A stretch of 64,000 nt of DNA from Squalus acanthias. Lineage: Eukaryota. The position numbers were made by a program, and so were the translations under genes. Shown in pieces: positions 24,767 to 38,110 of the stretch. The notes beneath the pieces are model-generated. The model searched no databases. It was not told the origin of the DNA and saw only the letters and a program-made list of their open reading frames with translations. Positions within the stretch are counted from its first letter, which is position 1; each line of letters starts with the position of its first letter. The DNA lies in assembly GCA_030390025.1 (NCBI GenBank), contig CM059431.1, positions 114,826,001 to 114,890,000 of the forward strand, read 5' to 3'.

Positions 24767-25639
24767 GTAAGTCTATATCTTTTTTGTGGTGCTGTGTTTT
24801 TTTTCAGTTATAGCATTAAAATTAATTGCAGTGGTGTAATGTTTATGCAGTTGCTTAAGCTCTCTCGAATGTGATCTCCTATTATAAGTTTTTCATAGCT
24901 TATAAATAGATCAGTGTAGATGAAAGTTTTTCATAGGACACTGCAATAAAGTTAATGAACAACAATGTTTAGAAGAATGAAGTCATACTCGTAGCACTGA
25001 ACCATCAAAGTATTAAGTAATTCAATGTGTTGCTGCTTGTTTGTAGATTTTGCTTACTATATACAGCACAGAGATGTGCATCATACAGGCATGCATTATA
25101 GGATTCCCAGTGTCTGATAGTGGACTCAATCTCTGTTTTTAATGTTTTTACTTTATATATAATTCTTTTAACATGTATGTTGGGACTAGTATGTGTAATA
25201 TTGTATGAGTAATATGCAGTTTGACTATAGAAGTTCTAACATAATATACTTGTTTAGGCTCCTTAATAAACTCAAATTGACTGGCTTTTTCTTCTTTCTT
25301 GCTTTGTTTTTAATCTAGCCACCTCTATTTAAGCACATTTATGAGGTAATTTCTGTGATTTGGGAGGATTACTACACCCAAATCTTTTTTTTTTCTTTTT
25401 GAATCTTGCCAATGAACATGTAACATGGTAATGTCTTGGGCAAGGAAAGACTATTAGCCTGTCTAACCTACACACCAAACCTCCCCTCAGGTCCCTTGCT
25501 GTGATTCTAGAACTAATAACCCCGTGTTATCTTTACTAACAGAAATTAATTCAGTTCTGTTTACAATGCTGCCATAGTTTTTGGTTCTACCCCATTTGCT
25601 GGTAATCTGCTCCTAAATTTATTTTTTCCTTGACACCTT

Positions 25640-26130
25640 AGCTTTAAACAATGTTGCTCAGTCCTCGAAACCTGCACCTGACAAAACTTTCTTGGCTCCA
25701 AATTCTCCATACCTGTGAACCTTCCTGAATCCAAATTGCCCATATCTTAAAGACCTCCATCAAGTCCCCTTTCTTCTTCCTCCTTCTCGAGAGTAAAGTT
25801 CCAAAGTAGGTAATCTCTCCTGATAACTCAGCCTCCTTAGTTCAGAAATCAAACTCGTGCCCTCTTTGATAATAAAGTTACATTTTCTTTGTAATATGAA
25901 CCAAAACTGAACACAGTACTCCAGATGCAGTTTCAACAAGGCCTGGTACAACTTCAAAGTCACCTCTTTTCATAGCCCGACTATGCATCCAAATATTTTG
26001 TTTGCTTTCTTAACTGCCCTCAAATGCTGAACTCACGGTTTTAACAATCTATACACCAAAACCCCCCAAATCTCTTTCCTGCTTTGTTACCACAAGCGCG
26101 CTAGCATTTAACATATACTCCATATTTTCA
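25640..26130 (-). mobile_element. Old CR1 remnant
   Basis: LKLYQALLKLHLEYCVQFW...LSYQERL. Confidence 0.7.
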
Positions 26131-26134
26131 CTTC

Positions 26135-27910
26135 TTCTACAATTTGTATTTGCATAGTATCTTTAAAATGTTCCAAGGCACTTTACAGAGTAATAGTAAA
26201 AGGAACAGAATGCCGAGCTGGAAGAAACTGTTCAGGGGGGCTGACTGAAGGCTTGGGAGAAATAAATGGGTTTTGAGAAGATTAAGGAGAAGAATTAGGG
26301 AGGTGGGGAGATTTAGAGAGGAAGTTCTAGAGGGCAAGACCTAGGTAGCTAAAAGCACTGCTACCAGTAATGGGGTATAGGGAGGAGGTATGCACAGGAG
26401 GTCGAAGTCAGAAGACTGAAGGAAGTTGCAGAGGTGGGGTAGAGCAAGACAGGAAGAGAATTGAAGACAGAGGTGAGCATTCTAAATGTAATGCACTGGG
26501 GGCCACTATAGGTCTGCGAGGATGCGAGTGATGGGGAAGCAGGGCTTAGTGTGGAACAAGATGAATGCAGCTGCGTTTTGCATAATTTGGAATTTATGGA
26601 GCATTGACTCAGGAATGCCAGCAGGGGGAGTAGTGGAAAAATCAAGTCTTAAGGTGACAATAGAATGCATAAGGACTTTGGCGACGGAGGGGCTGAGGTA
26701 GGGATGGAGGTGGACAGTGTTGTGTAGATGGAACTAAATGGTCTTGTTGATGGAGAGGGTTCTACCTGATCTCCTGACTTTATACTTGTCTGAGTTGAAT
26801 TCCATCTGCCATCTCTCTGCCCCATTAACGTAACCTGTTTGGATGTTTTACTGCACATTGGTTAGCATCCTAATTTGGTGTCGGCTGCAATCTTGGGCAC
26901 TTTAGACCATATTCTGTCACTTATACTAACAACAACTTGCATTTATATAACACCTTTCATGTAAAGAAACTTCCTAGGGTATGTGTTAGCTAGCTAGGTG
27001 TAAAACAATGGACACCAAGTTAGGAAAGGAAACAGAAGGGGCGATTCAAAATTTGGTCAAAGAGATGGGCATTGAGGGGTTTTTTAAAAGATGGAGAGTG
27101 AGGCGTGGAAGTGAAGATATTTAGATAGAGTGTATGAGAGAAGAGGATTGAGTAGGAGGGCTTGCACAGAAGGTAGGGGTCCGAGGAACAGAGTGTTTTG
27201 GATTTAGGGCTAAAGAAGACTGCAGAGACAGGGTGGGGTAATGCTATTGGAATTCATAGACCAGGACAAGGATTTTGAATTGAATATGTTGGGGGAGCCA
27301 GTATAGGTTCGTGAAGACGGAGGCGATGGATGGGCAGAACAGGGTGTGGCAGAGTTTTGAGCAAATTGGAGTTTATGGAGGATGGGGCGTGGAAGGTTAG
27401 CAAGAGAGCGTTAGAGCAGTTGAGTCTGGAGGTGACAAAAACATGTATATAGGTTTATGGTGGAGGGGCTCAGGTACGGGTGGCGGCAGTGAGCATTGCG
27501 GAGGTGATAGCAAGCTGCCTTAGTGATGGAAAAGATATGGAGTTTGAAGCAAAGCTCAGGGTTGATCAGGGCAACAAGATTAAGAACATTCTGATTCAGC
27601 TGGGGAAAGTGTTTGCCTTACTATTGACTCATCCCCTCGTCAGTGACATTTGTGATGGGGGCTGAAGACAATGGCTTTGGTTTTTGCAGTGTTGAAGTAA
27701 AGAAAGCTGTGACTCATCTAGGTGTCGGAGAAGTAGTTTGGTGGGGCCGAGGGAAATGATGGAGAGGTCGAGCTGGATATCATCTGCATACATGTGAAAG
27801 CCAACCCTGTGACTCCAGATGATGATAGAATCTTACTGCACAGAAGCTTGTGCTGGATGATGTTGCCAGGGTGCAGCATATAGCTACGGAAGAGGAGGGG
27901 GATCCTTGGG
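26135..27910 (-). mobile_element. Old L2-type LINE remnants (two pieces)
   Basis: Purine-rich + strand. Tails caatttgtatttgcatag (26140) and aacaacaacttgcatttatataac (26928); gagtctggaggtgacaaaa is the antisense of the FVTSRL motif. Confidence 0.6.
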
Positions 27911-30030
27911 GGAACCTTTATTGGTATAGATTGCCAAAGTACACTGAATACAGACTTAATTGAAGCACTGAAAGAATAAATGGAACAAATTCCTGATCCA
28001 GCAAGGAGCTAAGAAGGATTCAGACAGATGAACATGGTTGGACTGGTCCTAAATTTATTTAAATGATAACTTGGATACACTGGCCATTTATGATTCCTGC
28101 ACTCTCATGTACTTTTATTATAACTGCTAATCAGAGAGTTATAACTGCTAACCTTTAACTGTTAGCCCTTTATATCCCATGCTGGCAATAGCAATTCCAG
28201 AATGCAGCTTATTAGAGCAACCTCCTAATTGTTGACCATGCATCTGTACAACTTGGAAATATGTCCTGAAAGCAGAGGAGAAGGGAAGGCACTAGGTTTA
28301 TGTAATTATGTTTTTTAAAAATTTGTTTTATGGGATCAGGGCGTCGCTTCCTTATAATTCTGGGAGTTGTGTTGAGGGGAAAGGATTAGAAATGTGAATA
28401 TATAAGAGTACGGTATGACATGGAAGAGGCAATTATGAAGTTATTTATTGAAGCACGTGGTGCAAATGGACAATGTGCTAAGTTTGCTGCATAGATAAGC
28501 GGAGGGGAAAACCCACAGGCAAGACTATTCACAAGATGTCAATCAACTGCACTGGGCTTCTGGATAGTGGATACTGAGAGGCTGGTGAGAGATGGAATAT
28601 TTTGTTGAAATATTGTCTGAAACTTGACAGAGGAACTGCAAGAGCATGATGAACTTGTTGCTAAAGCATTCAGCTATGAATTGATATTGACAAACATAAT
28701 ATGCTAAGACAGTATAATTAAAGGTAATTTTCTCTCCTTCTGGCTGTTGCATTTTTTTCAGAGGCTAGTATTGGATAGGCAATGTACTATGTTGCGATGC
28801 ATTAATAAAGTTGTTGAAAACTAGATATTCATATATTGCGTGACATGCACTCACTAAGTATAGAAATATGACACTTCTACAATGTTAGACCTGCAAAATA
28901 AATTTGATTTTTTTGTTTGACATGACTGCAATTGATTTTATATTTAGAACAGTACCCTTTTCTCAGATTTGTTGGGAAATAACAGTCTGCATATTAATAT
29001 GAGAATTTGCTTAAAACTTGGGGAGTAATGGCCAGACGATTGTTTCTTAATCCAATTTGACTTACAGTCTGCTTTCATTTGCAGTACTTTCATGTCCTAA
29101 ATAAGAAGTTTTAGTTCTAGAACTTGTTCCTGGTATAGAATGTCGTAAGTATTTTAAGTTTGTATTGCAGTCAATACATTTTGCATTTAAACTCCTTTAA
29201 TGGTAAAATGCAATTTGAAGTGATTGGAATTGGTAGACTGTTTATGCCATCTTGTGGAAGTTTGAAGAATTGCAGTGTAGGTCTTGGAGTGCATTACACC
29301 CAGCAATTACTGTGAGAAATCCTGTTACATTTTATTTTTTTGTGCAGTAATCCACAAAGTACAACTTTCACAATTTTCTTGTTGTTGTTCTTCATTCAGA
29401 TATCCTTCAGACACTGTAGGAACTTCACCAAGTTTGATCTGGTGCTGGGTACATGTGCTAAGCACACTCATGATGCAAGTTTTTGTCACCGTGCTGGGCA
29501 ATGATCTACACAATCTCCCGTTCCTGCCTTGTATAAAGCTGCAGGACCTGCACAATAGCACCAGTTAATTTTCTCCTCAACTTTTGGAAAGATCTCTGCT
29601 CCTAGCATTGCAATTTTTTTGACTTTTGGGGCTGTGCTCTACAGCTTATAGTGTTTTTAAGGGAGGATAATTAAATGATGCTTTCAACTGTGCATTTGGA
29701 GAGACAGTCGCACTGTGGTCCGTTAAATTAATAAGCAAGGGCTGGGGGGGTGGAATTAATTCCCACCCACTCTCAGGACACATGGAAGCTGGCACGTTGT
29801 CATCTAGTTCACAGGGTGTCTCTCTCTGCTCCACATCTGAACAGGGTGGATAAAATGACGGGACCCCGTATGGAGTATGCTGCAGACAGGCCTATTCTCA
29901 TACCCAGATATCCAGCAGCTTCCTGTTTCTGCTCCAGGACAATACATTGTGCTTGGAAGCTGAATGGCCTCTCCTTTCCCTGGACATGGAAGTTTCTGTA
30001 CCCATTCCTTTCTTCACCTGATCCAGGGTA

Positions 30031-30430
30031 CAGGAAACTTTTGTTTATCCGGCACCCAAATATCCGGAATTCTCGCTTAACCGGCAAAAATCATCCTCCG
30101 AAAACTCCTCTCAAATAACCGGCAATGTTGCCGAGTCGCAGTCGAGTCTCCGCGAACGCCGAGTACTCCGAAAACTCCTCTCAAATAACCGGCAATGTTG
30201 CCGATCCCGAGTCCGAGTCCGCGAACGCCGATTTAGTCAGTAGGGGTAGTTTTCAAAAGTGCCACTACTCGGCCTCCTGGCGCTGTCGGAAGTATACTGC
30301 ACATTTCTTGATTTATTTATTTTTCTTTGTTAAAAATAGCCTCGGTAGATATAACTCTCCGTTATCCGGTACTTTCGATAAACCGGCACCACGCCGGTCC
30401 CGTCGGTGCCGGTTAATAAAGAGTTTCCTG
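30031..30430. mobile_element. Tigger-like MITE, 400 bp, CpG-rich
   Basis: 26-bp imperfect TIRs caggaaacttttgtttatccggcacc / ggtgccggttaataaagagtttcctg with a TA TSD. Internal tandem duplication of about 70 bp (30096-30231). Confidence 0.88.
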
Positions 30431-31049
30431 TACTACAGAAAGCATACCAAGAACAGTCTAATAACCTCTCACTGACTGAGCCTACTGTGGCTGTTGGATA
30501 TACTGTCTTAGGAGCCAGGCTTGCATTATTTTGTCTTACTAATGGGTTTTGCTCCTGTATCTGAATCTTCACATGAAACCAGGATTAGAACCATGTTATT
30601 ACAATAGAGAAGGAAGCCATTTGGTGCATCGTACCCATACAATCTCTTCAACTGATGTATATTCTCTGAATTCCATTTCTTTGCTGTTCCTCACATCCTT
30701 TTATATTTTCAGAAAGTTATCTCTAATTCTATTTTAAATTATTCTATCTCTATCTCTATCCCAATCTCAATAGCCACGTCTGGTAAAGCTATATTCTAAT
30801 AAACTACTGTGTGAACAAAAATTCTATGCTCCATGCTCATTCTTCTGGCGATAATCCTGAGTTTATGCCTTGTTCCTAATTTGACAGCATGTTTGTTATT
30901 TGATATTTTTCTCTATCACTCTTTTTCTTGCCCTTCACTCCTTCAATTTCTTTCTCTAGTTTCACTCTCTTAAGTGAAATGCTTAAGTGTCTTTTTTTAT
31001 TTAGCCTGTCTCCCTCCGCCTCCTGTTTCTCTCTCCTCCTTCACTTCTG

Positions 31050-31355
31050 TGTATCCTCTCTCCGCCCTCCTTCCCCTCTCGCCCTCCGCCCGCCCCCTCT
31101 CGCCCTCCACCCGCCCCCTGTCGCCCTCACCCTCCGCCCGCCCCCTCTCGCCCTACGCCACACCCGTCCTCTCCCCCCCCCTCTCTCTCCCCCCCCCCTC
31201 TCTGCCCACCCCCTCTGCCCCTCACTGCGCTCGCTCTCTCTCTCTCGCTTTCTCTCTCGCTCTCCCCGCCCTCCCTCTCTCTCGCTCTCCCCGCCCTCTC
31301 TCTCTCTCGCTCTGCCCGCCCTCCCCCTCGCTCTGCTCTCTCTCGCTCGCCCGCC

Positions 31356-31403
<48 letters not shown>

Positions 31404-31460
31404 CTTTCTCTCTCTCTCGCTCTCTCTCGCTCTCTCTCGCTCTGTCTCTCTGTCTCTCTC

Positions 31461-31504
<44 letters not shown>

Positions 31505-31530
31505 TCTCTCACTCACTCCCTCCCTCCGCC
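31050..31530. repeat. C-rich and (CT)n/(CTCG) compound microsatellite
   Basis: Directly visible simple repeats. Confidence 0.95.
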
Positions 31531-33066
31531 GGCCCTGATGTTCTTCGGATGGGAGACAGTGCTGCAATATTTAAATGCAACCCTGGAGTTACAATGGCCC
31601 AGGCCTCCTGCTGCGATCCCCATGGGGGTTTCTGCACCGTCCCTGTCCTGATCGCACTCCCCTGTAAAGGTCTTGGATGTATATTCAGTTCACTTTTATA
31701 ATAGAGGAAAATCACGTGGCAGCACGTGATACGTTCCAGTCGCAAGTGTACCGAGTAAAGGTCCTTATTTATGATCCCCGAGCCTCGCTGTTGTTTTCCT
31801 AGATATTAGGCAGAAAAAGCAAGACAGATCATAAGGGATGCTAAGTCCACTTACGGGAATGATTGGGTCACTGAACCTCAAGAAAATATCTGGCGTAAAA
31901 ACCCAAAAGTATGTAGGTGTGTCTCTGTCTGCTTTTTCCCTCCCTCTTTTTCCTCCTTTACTCGTTCTCTTGTTTCATCCACTCATTTACTCCTCCACAG
32001 CCATTCCTCTTTCACACACTCCTCCCCCCCCATTCTTTCTCTCTTTCTCTACCTTCATAATCTCTTTCCTCAAATGCTCTCATCCTTCAGTTTTTCACTC
32101 TCTTCCACCCTATTCCTTCATGCTCTCTCCTCCTTGAGTGCAGCATCGTACATTCCTGATGCAGATCCCAAGTGGAGGAAGAGAACAGCACCACTAAGAG
32201 CGGTACATGGAGGTATCTCACTACTAGAGTTGGCAGTGCTATCTGATTTTTAAAAAAAATTCCTATTCCTGCCATGACAGATCAACTACTTCTGTTGGCA
32301 GGTTTTTCTAGAGGGGAATACTTCTCACTAAGGGTACTACCCTTACCTTGATTCTCGGGCTCTGTGGGGGAGTGGTTGGTTAAAAGGTGTTTTTCTGTGA
32401 TTGGATAATATTGGAAAGTGAGTTCGGTTCAGCCTGTGGCCAGGAATTGAACACCTCTGCTCTACAGTTTGTCTCTGGAGGGGGAGAATCAAAGGGATGA
32501 TATTGGGTGAAGAAAAGTCATCTTTATGTAGTTTAGATGGATTGAAAACAGCACATTGGAGAATCAGTTAGTACAGGAGATACCTTGTCACAAGGGAATA
32601 CAGGTTGTGAAGTAACAGGACCAGTTTTTATTAAAAGAACACTATTTCTTAATTGCACAATTCTTGAACCAGAGTAGCTGGTATAGAAATGTCAAAAGGC
32701 AAGAAAGAAAACTGAAATGACCGCTTAGTTGAGGAAAATGTTGATAGTAGACCATCATTCCTACCAATAGTATCTACAGAGCATGCTGTACTGTCAGCTA
32801 CGCAGGAACCTTACCCACGTGTATTGTAGTGCTACCTAGTTGGCCTCTATCAGCCACAGTACCCACCAGTGATCTGATATGTAGGTTGCTGTCTTGCTGC
32901 ATACCTTGGCCTCTTGCAAAAGACACAAGACACAAACTGAGTAAATCAGTGAAGAAATGTGAGACATACAGAGCAAGTGGAGACAAATTGAAGTGTAAAG
33001 TGACAGAGAGGAGAGATTTAGAAAAAGAATGGGAGAGAGTTGGAAACGGCAAACTACAAAGATAAA

Positions 33067-33837
33067 GGGCAGAAATTCGGCTCCCTGGCTTCCCGCGGGT
33101 GCAAGGATCGCGCGCGCACCTACCTACCGTGCCTGCCGTTGACCCCTGGGCCCACAGGGGGAATTCCGGTCCTGGGCCTCCTCCAACTGCCGGCGCGCAG
33201 TGCTTGCGTATCCCAGGGGTGTAGTTAGTGCGATGCGTCCCCTGGGATCACGTGGGCTGTGGAGAGCCAATGGCAGCAGACCATCTTTCATTCATAGATT
33301 TGACAGGAACCTGTCAAATCTATGAACACAGATCAGCCCCAAAACATCCCTAAAACTACAAATAATTTTTTTTTTAAATCACATTTTTAAAATATCTATA
33401 AATTACATGAATTAACTATTTTAAACAAAAATTTAAATTTTTGAAAAAATTAATTACACTTTTTAACGGGGCTAAAACTAAACTTACCTTTCTTTAAAGT
33501 AATTAAAAAAGATAAATCTGTGAAAAAATGTTTAGATTTTATTAAAATCAACACTTACCTTATTAAAAGAAGGCCTTGCGCCTCCTTTTTCAATGTGCAT
33601 CTTCTCCGTGCTTACCCTCACGGAGGAACCTGTGTAAAAAAAAAAGAAACCCGAAGTTCGAGGCAAACGCGCTGGCCCTCCGGCGTGTGCGTTCGACCTC
33701 TGAACCCCTTCCTTCAGGGGAACGGAAGTGCCGGTTTCCCGCGCATGCGCAGTGCATGCAAAAAACCGGCACTTTCGTTCCGTCCACGGGTGAGTACATA
33801 GTGCGTACTCACCCGCGGCGAGCCTAATTTCTGCCCC
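33067..33837. mobile_element. Hairpin-rich MITE (Harbinger-like termini)
   Basis: TIRs gggcagaaattcggctc / gagcctaatttctgccc, GC-rich arms and an AT-rich centre. TSD not clear. Confidence 0.75.
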
Positions 33838-34016
33838 ATTAATGAGATAACATCTGTGAGAGTTATATATACAGAAAAAGAGGGAGGCGGGGAAGACAAG
33901 CAAGAACAGAAAGAGGGAGACATTACTCAGTGGGAGAAAAATCAGACATTTACTGGAAGCGAGAGACACAAGTTTAAAAAAAATATATATATATTTACCC
34001 CAAGAGATGAAATAGT

Positions 34017-34725
34017 GGGGCAGAATTTGCGGTCGGTATGACGGCATACACTATTATCCTCATTGCTGGCGCAGAGTTCGGCTAATTGCCCACCAACTGC
34101 CCAGCAATTACGCATGAAAATTTTACGGCTGGTGCGAACAGGGCAGGAGCCTGTTTGTACAGTGTAAGGGGACACCCATCATGATTTGTTTAAATTACTA
34201 TAAATATGTTTGCCCTTTACACTGAGCCTGCCTGAGGGATTAGCAAACCCCCCAAAAGTTCAGTTGAATATTATCCGAATGTACATCCCTGCTTCAATAA
34301 AGTAGTTAAGCAGCCTGCAGTGTAGTGTGATTGCTTCTGGTCTATTGACAATTTTCCCCCAAATTAATTTCTAATTCTAAGAATGTAAATCCAGCCTGGG
34401 GTGAATGCGAGACCTTCTGTTTGGCTCACTAGATTGATCCCTAGGATGACCTATGAGGAGAGTTTGAGTAGATTGGGCCTATACTCTCTGGAGTTTAGAA
34501 GAGTGAGAGGTGATCTCATTGAAACATACAAGATTCTGAGGGGGATTGACAGGGTAGACGCTGAGAGATTGTTTCCCCTGGCTGGCCTACTCCTACACCT
34601 GCTCCTAATTCTTGTGTTCATATGTTCCTGATTGGCGCACCGCCACACGGTGCACCCCTGGGATCCATGGGCCAGTACGCTGCGCTCAACTCTGTAGCTA
34701 TGCCGCCAACCGCAATTTCAGGGCC
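34017..34725. mobile_element. MITE containing a CR1 fragment (about 34425-34620, +)
   Basis: Imperfect TIRs ggggcagaatttgcggtcgg / ccaaccgcaatttcagggcc with AGT on both sides. Inner ORF RLGLYSLEFRRVRGDLIETYKILRG. Confidence 0.6.
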
Positions 34726-34914
34726 AGTATCTACTAACTAAAAAAGGCCAACATATTACCACAATGCAATATATTTATTTTTAAACTGAAGTGTGACTTA
34801 CATATGGTTTCATTGGAGATGAGTAAAGGCAGTTTGTATTTAACTAATTAAAAGTAAATTAATTGTTAATATATGTCTGTGTTATACAACTTCAAACATG
34901 AATATCTCTTAAAC

Positions 34915-35287
34915 TGGTGCTGCAGGCCTTCCTCCCCTTAAAAGCGCAACCCGGGGCCCAGCTGGGCCACCAAGGATCGGAGTGCCGGCAAAAGAGGGGG
35001 CAGGTGCTGGCAGATGGCCAGCAATAAAAATGGCCACCCGGCACCTTCCCTTTAATTAGCGCCGCCCCGGCCGCAAGTAGGCCCGTCGGACATGGCGTCC
35101 GGCGGTAAGTCGGGGTGCTACCGAAGATCGCGGCCGGGGCGCTAACGGTTGCTGCTGCCACTAACCTCCTGCTGAATTTCGCGGGAGGCATTGGCGGCAC
35201 CGCGCCCAGGCGCTAGTTGCTGTTCGCCCCGTTAGCGCCCTCTTAGCGTGCTAACGGGAGACGCAAAGCAACCGAATTTTTAGGCCC
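34915..35287. mobile_element. GC-rich MITE fragment with one terminus
   Basis: Ends ccgaatttttaggccc and is rich in gcgcta/tagcgc motifs, like 54098-54270 and 63430-64000. Confidence 0.55.
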
Positions 35288-35615
35288 AAGAGTTTTAATT
35301 AAAAAAATAATCAACCAAGAGTGTTGCTTTACGTGATGGAGGGGTCTTGCTGAATCAGATTGGTGGCTTGCCAATGTGGACGTTGAGAGAGACCTGGAAA
35401 CAGGCCATCACCCTGATGTCAACACAAGCACAGATCCTTGCATATAATTGAAGGTGTGAGCCCTTCATTCAAGAGTAGATACGCTCAGTTTAAAAAAAAA
35501 ACTTAACCAATTCATTTTAACTTCCGTACATTTTAAAATACAGCAAGTCTTTTGGACAGGGTTTATAATTGTGCTAATTGTTGAAAATTTACAAATATTT
35601 ATTTTATTTCTCCAG

Positions 35616-35740
35616 TGGCATTCCTGTTTAACTGGATTGGCTTTTGTCTGTCATTCTGCCTCACCAACACCATAGCAGGCCGTTATGGTGCAATTTGTGG
35701 GTTTGGATTGTCTCTGATAAAATGGATCCTGATTGTACGA
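35616..35740 (+). CDS. NDFIP2: NDFIP2 coding exon 5 (transmembrane region)
   Basis: Acceptor ttttatttctccag|TG and donor CGA|gtaagt. 125 nt, phase 1 to 0. (M)AFLFNWIGFCLSFCLTNTIAGRYGAICGFGLSLIKWILIVR. Confidence 0.97.
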
Positions 35741-37039
35741 GTAAGTAGCATTTTATTAGTTTGTTTCATGACTGTATAAAGGATTAATACTGCTGAAAAA
35801 AATTGTTGCTGTTTTAAAAAATATACTAGTGGTGGAGGTTGAACACCACTGCTTTCTGGAATTTTTATTCGAAACCAGTTTACCTTGACACCTCTCTGCC
35901 TCTCTTCAAAGTGTCCTAAAAACCAAACTCTTTGTCTACGATCACTTTATCTCCTCTTCCTGCCTGCCCCCTTCAGTTTAATACGAATTGGCCAGCTCTT
36001 CCATTATAATGTGCTCGGAGAGGTTCTTCAGCATGAATAGTGCTATATAGATGCCGGTTAAGTTTTATTTTTATGTCAGAACTCCAGATTGTGAAACTGA
36101 CAGTTGCATTAAGGCAGGGTGTGTGATTAAATATGAAAAATGAGAGAACCACAGTTATAGTTTGCATAAAATGGCAGAGCTTGTGGAAAGAATGAATGAA
36201 AGGTGGTTTATAAAAAAGCAGTGATGAAGACACATTCACCTGTGGATTAGTCCGAATGGCTGTAGAATGAGCTTTGGTATTAATGGACACACAAGTCTGG
36301 GATGGATGATACTGCAGCATGAGCTGTTGTAAAATTCTGGCAGTAGATGGCACCAGTTTCAGAAGGCCCAGATCTGGTGGCAGCAGTTGCAGAGTTCCAG
36401 CAATGGATGGCAGTGTTGTGAAAGTTATAGGAACTGTTGGTGCAGGGTTAAAATTCGTTTGTTCGAAAGTGGTGAGTGAGGTGGTACTCTTTTTCTAAGT
36501 TACTAAGGTCTGTAATAACTGAATCTTTAGACTAATATCAGTGGCAGTTCGGCAGTTTACTCCCCTTTTATAAAGTGTAACTCCACGATGGGGGAAGTTG
36601 TCGGGATGAACCTTGATGTGAACAAGCACTGTTCAAGAAAACATTGGTGAGAGTTTCACTTCAGAGCATGTATAACCATGATGAAAATTTACTGCAATAA
36701 ACTTGAATACACAACAATTATAAATTGATTAAATATTAACAATTACTGCAATAAGTGATAGCAATAAAAGTGGTCTATCTTTTACAATAAAATTCATTGG
36801 GAGTAGAGATTTAAAAAGAGGAGCCAAGGAAAGGAAAGCAAAAAGGTTATGTTTGTTGAAGACAGATTCTAAATTTCAATAATGCGCATAAATCAACAGA
36901 GCTAAGTAGAGAACCGCAGAGTTTACCACTTCATCAGGAATCCATAGGTGTTTTTTGTTCGTATGGTAATATTGCAGAACAACATTGTTGTTTTGTACCT
37001 TTTTTTAATTCAATCTCGGCATGGACGAAAACCTTGTAG

Positions 37040-37370
37040 CGGTTTGATGCAACTGAGTGTCTTGCTCGGCCATTTCACAGGGTAGTTAAGAGTAAACCAC
37101 GTTGGTGTGAGACTGAAGTCACCTATAGGCCATGCTGAGTAAGGACGGCAGGTTTCCTTCCATAAAGAACATTAATGAATCAGTCGGGTTTTTACAACAA
37201 TGCGATAACTTTGTGGTTACTTTTTACTGATACCAGCCTTTTATTTCCAGTTTTCTTTGTTAAGCTAAATACAAATTCTCAAACTGTCGTGGGATTTGAA
37301 TTCGCGTTCCCTGGATTAATAGTACTGTCGCTGGATTTCTAGTCCAGTAATATAATCACTACACTATCTT
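37040..37370 (-). mobile_element. tRNA-derived SINE 5' part
   Basis: Homologous to 14218-14532 (caactgagt...gctcggccatttca...ctagtccagtaa.ataa.cacta). Confidence 0.7.
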
Positions 37371-37804
37371 ACTGGTCTTCTGCTCTTGTTTCTCCTTGTT
37401 ATTTAAAGTAGGTGCTGCCTTGTGGGTACAGTCTTGCCCACTTTATTAAAACTAGTGGTACTGTATTCAGATTAGCACATTTGTAACGAGTCTTTTCACA
37501 TAAGACATTTGACATCCACCACACATAGCTGGAGTTGAGCCGACATCGGATCACATTCTGGGGAAATCATGTAAAGGGATGATCATCCTTTATCCTGTTA
37601 TTGATATCAACCCGCACTCTCCATGGTATCCCACTCCCATATTAGAATAACGTGCAGTGATCCTTCAAAAGTTTTTACTATGATTGAAAATTCCACCATT
37701 CCATTCAAGCTCCCTTTTCTACTGCTCATCGTGCCATGCTTTATTTTGTCTATTATAAAGTTTGTATTTGTTTTTTTCTCTCATTTTTCTTCCCTACATT
37801 TATG

Positions 37805-38110
37805 AAGGCACTGACTCGTGCTGAGGTGTGGTTGCATGGGTCTTCGGTACTTTGCCAAAGTGACCGTTCTTCATGTCTAAGCCTAGAAAGTGAGTGTTAG
37901 CAGGCTGTTATGTTACAGAGAGCATCACAGTCAAGCCTGAAACTTTTCATCTGACAATTTGCATACAGTGACTTTTTAACAGAAGTCACTGGATAGTGGT
38001 CAGGAGTGGGGAACTAATTAAAGTGCCCCAAGCATTGGCCCAACTGAAATCAACTGACTCAACATGGACCATGAATCGAACCTGGGATCTTCTGATCTAT
38101 AAGGCTTACT
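37805..38110 (-). mobile_element. Old SINE-like repeat
   Basis: Reverse-complement similarity to 54545-54890 (ttcttcatgtctaagcctaga vs tctaagcttgcatatgaagaa), with B-box-like tcgaacc near 38077. Confidence 0.45.

Noticed and set aside
30928..31701. Longest ORFs in the track (257 and 225 aa, plus ER-rich antisense ORFs)
   Set aside because: Products of the CT microsatellite; no protein signal.
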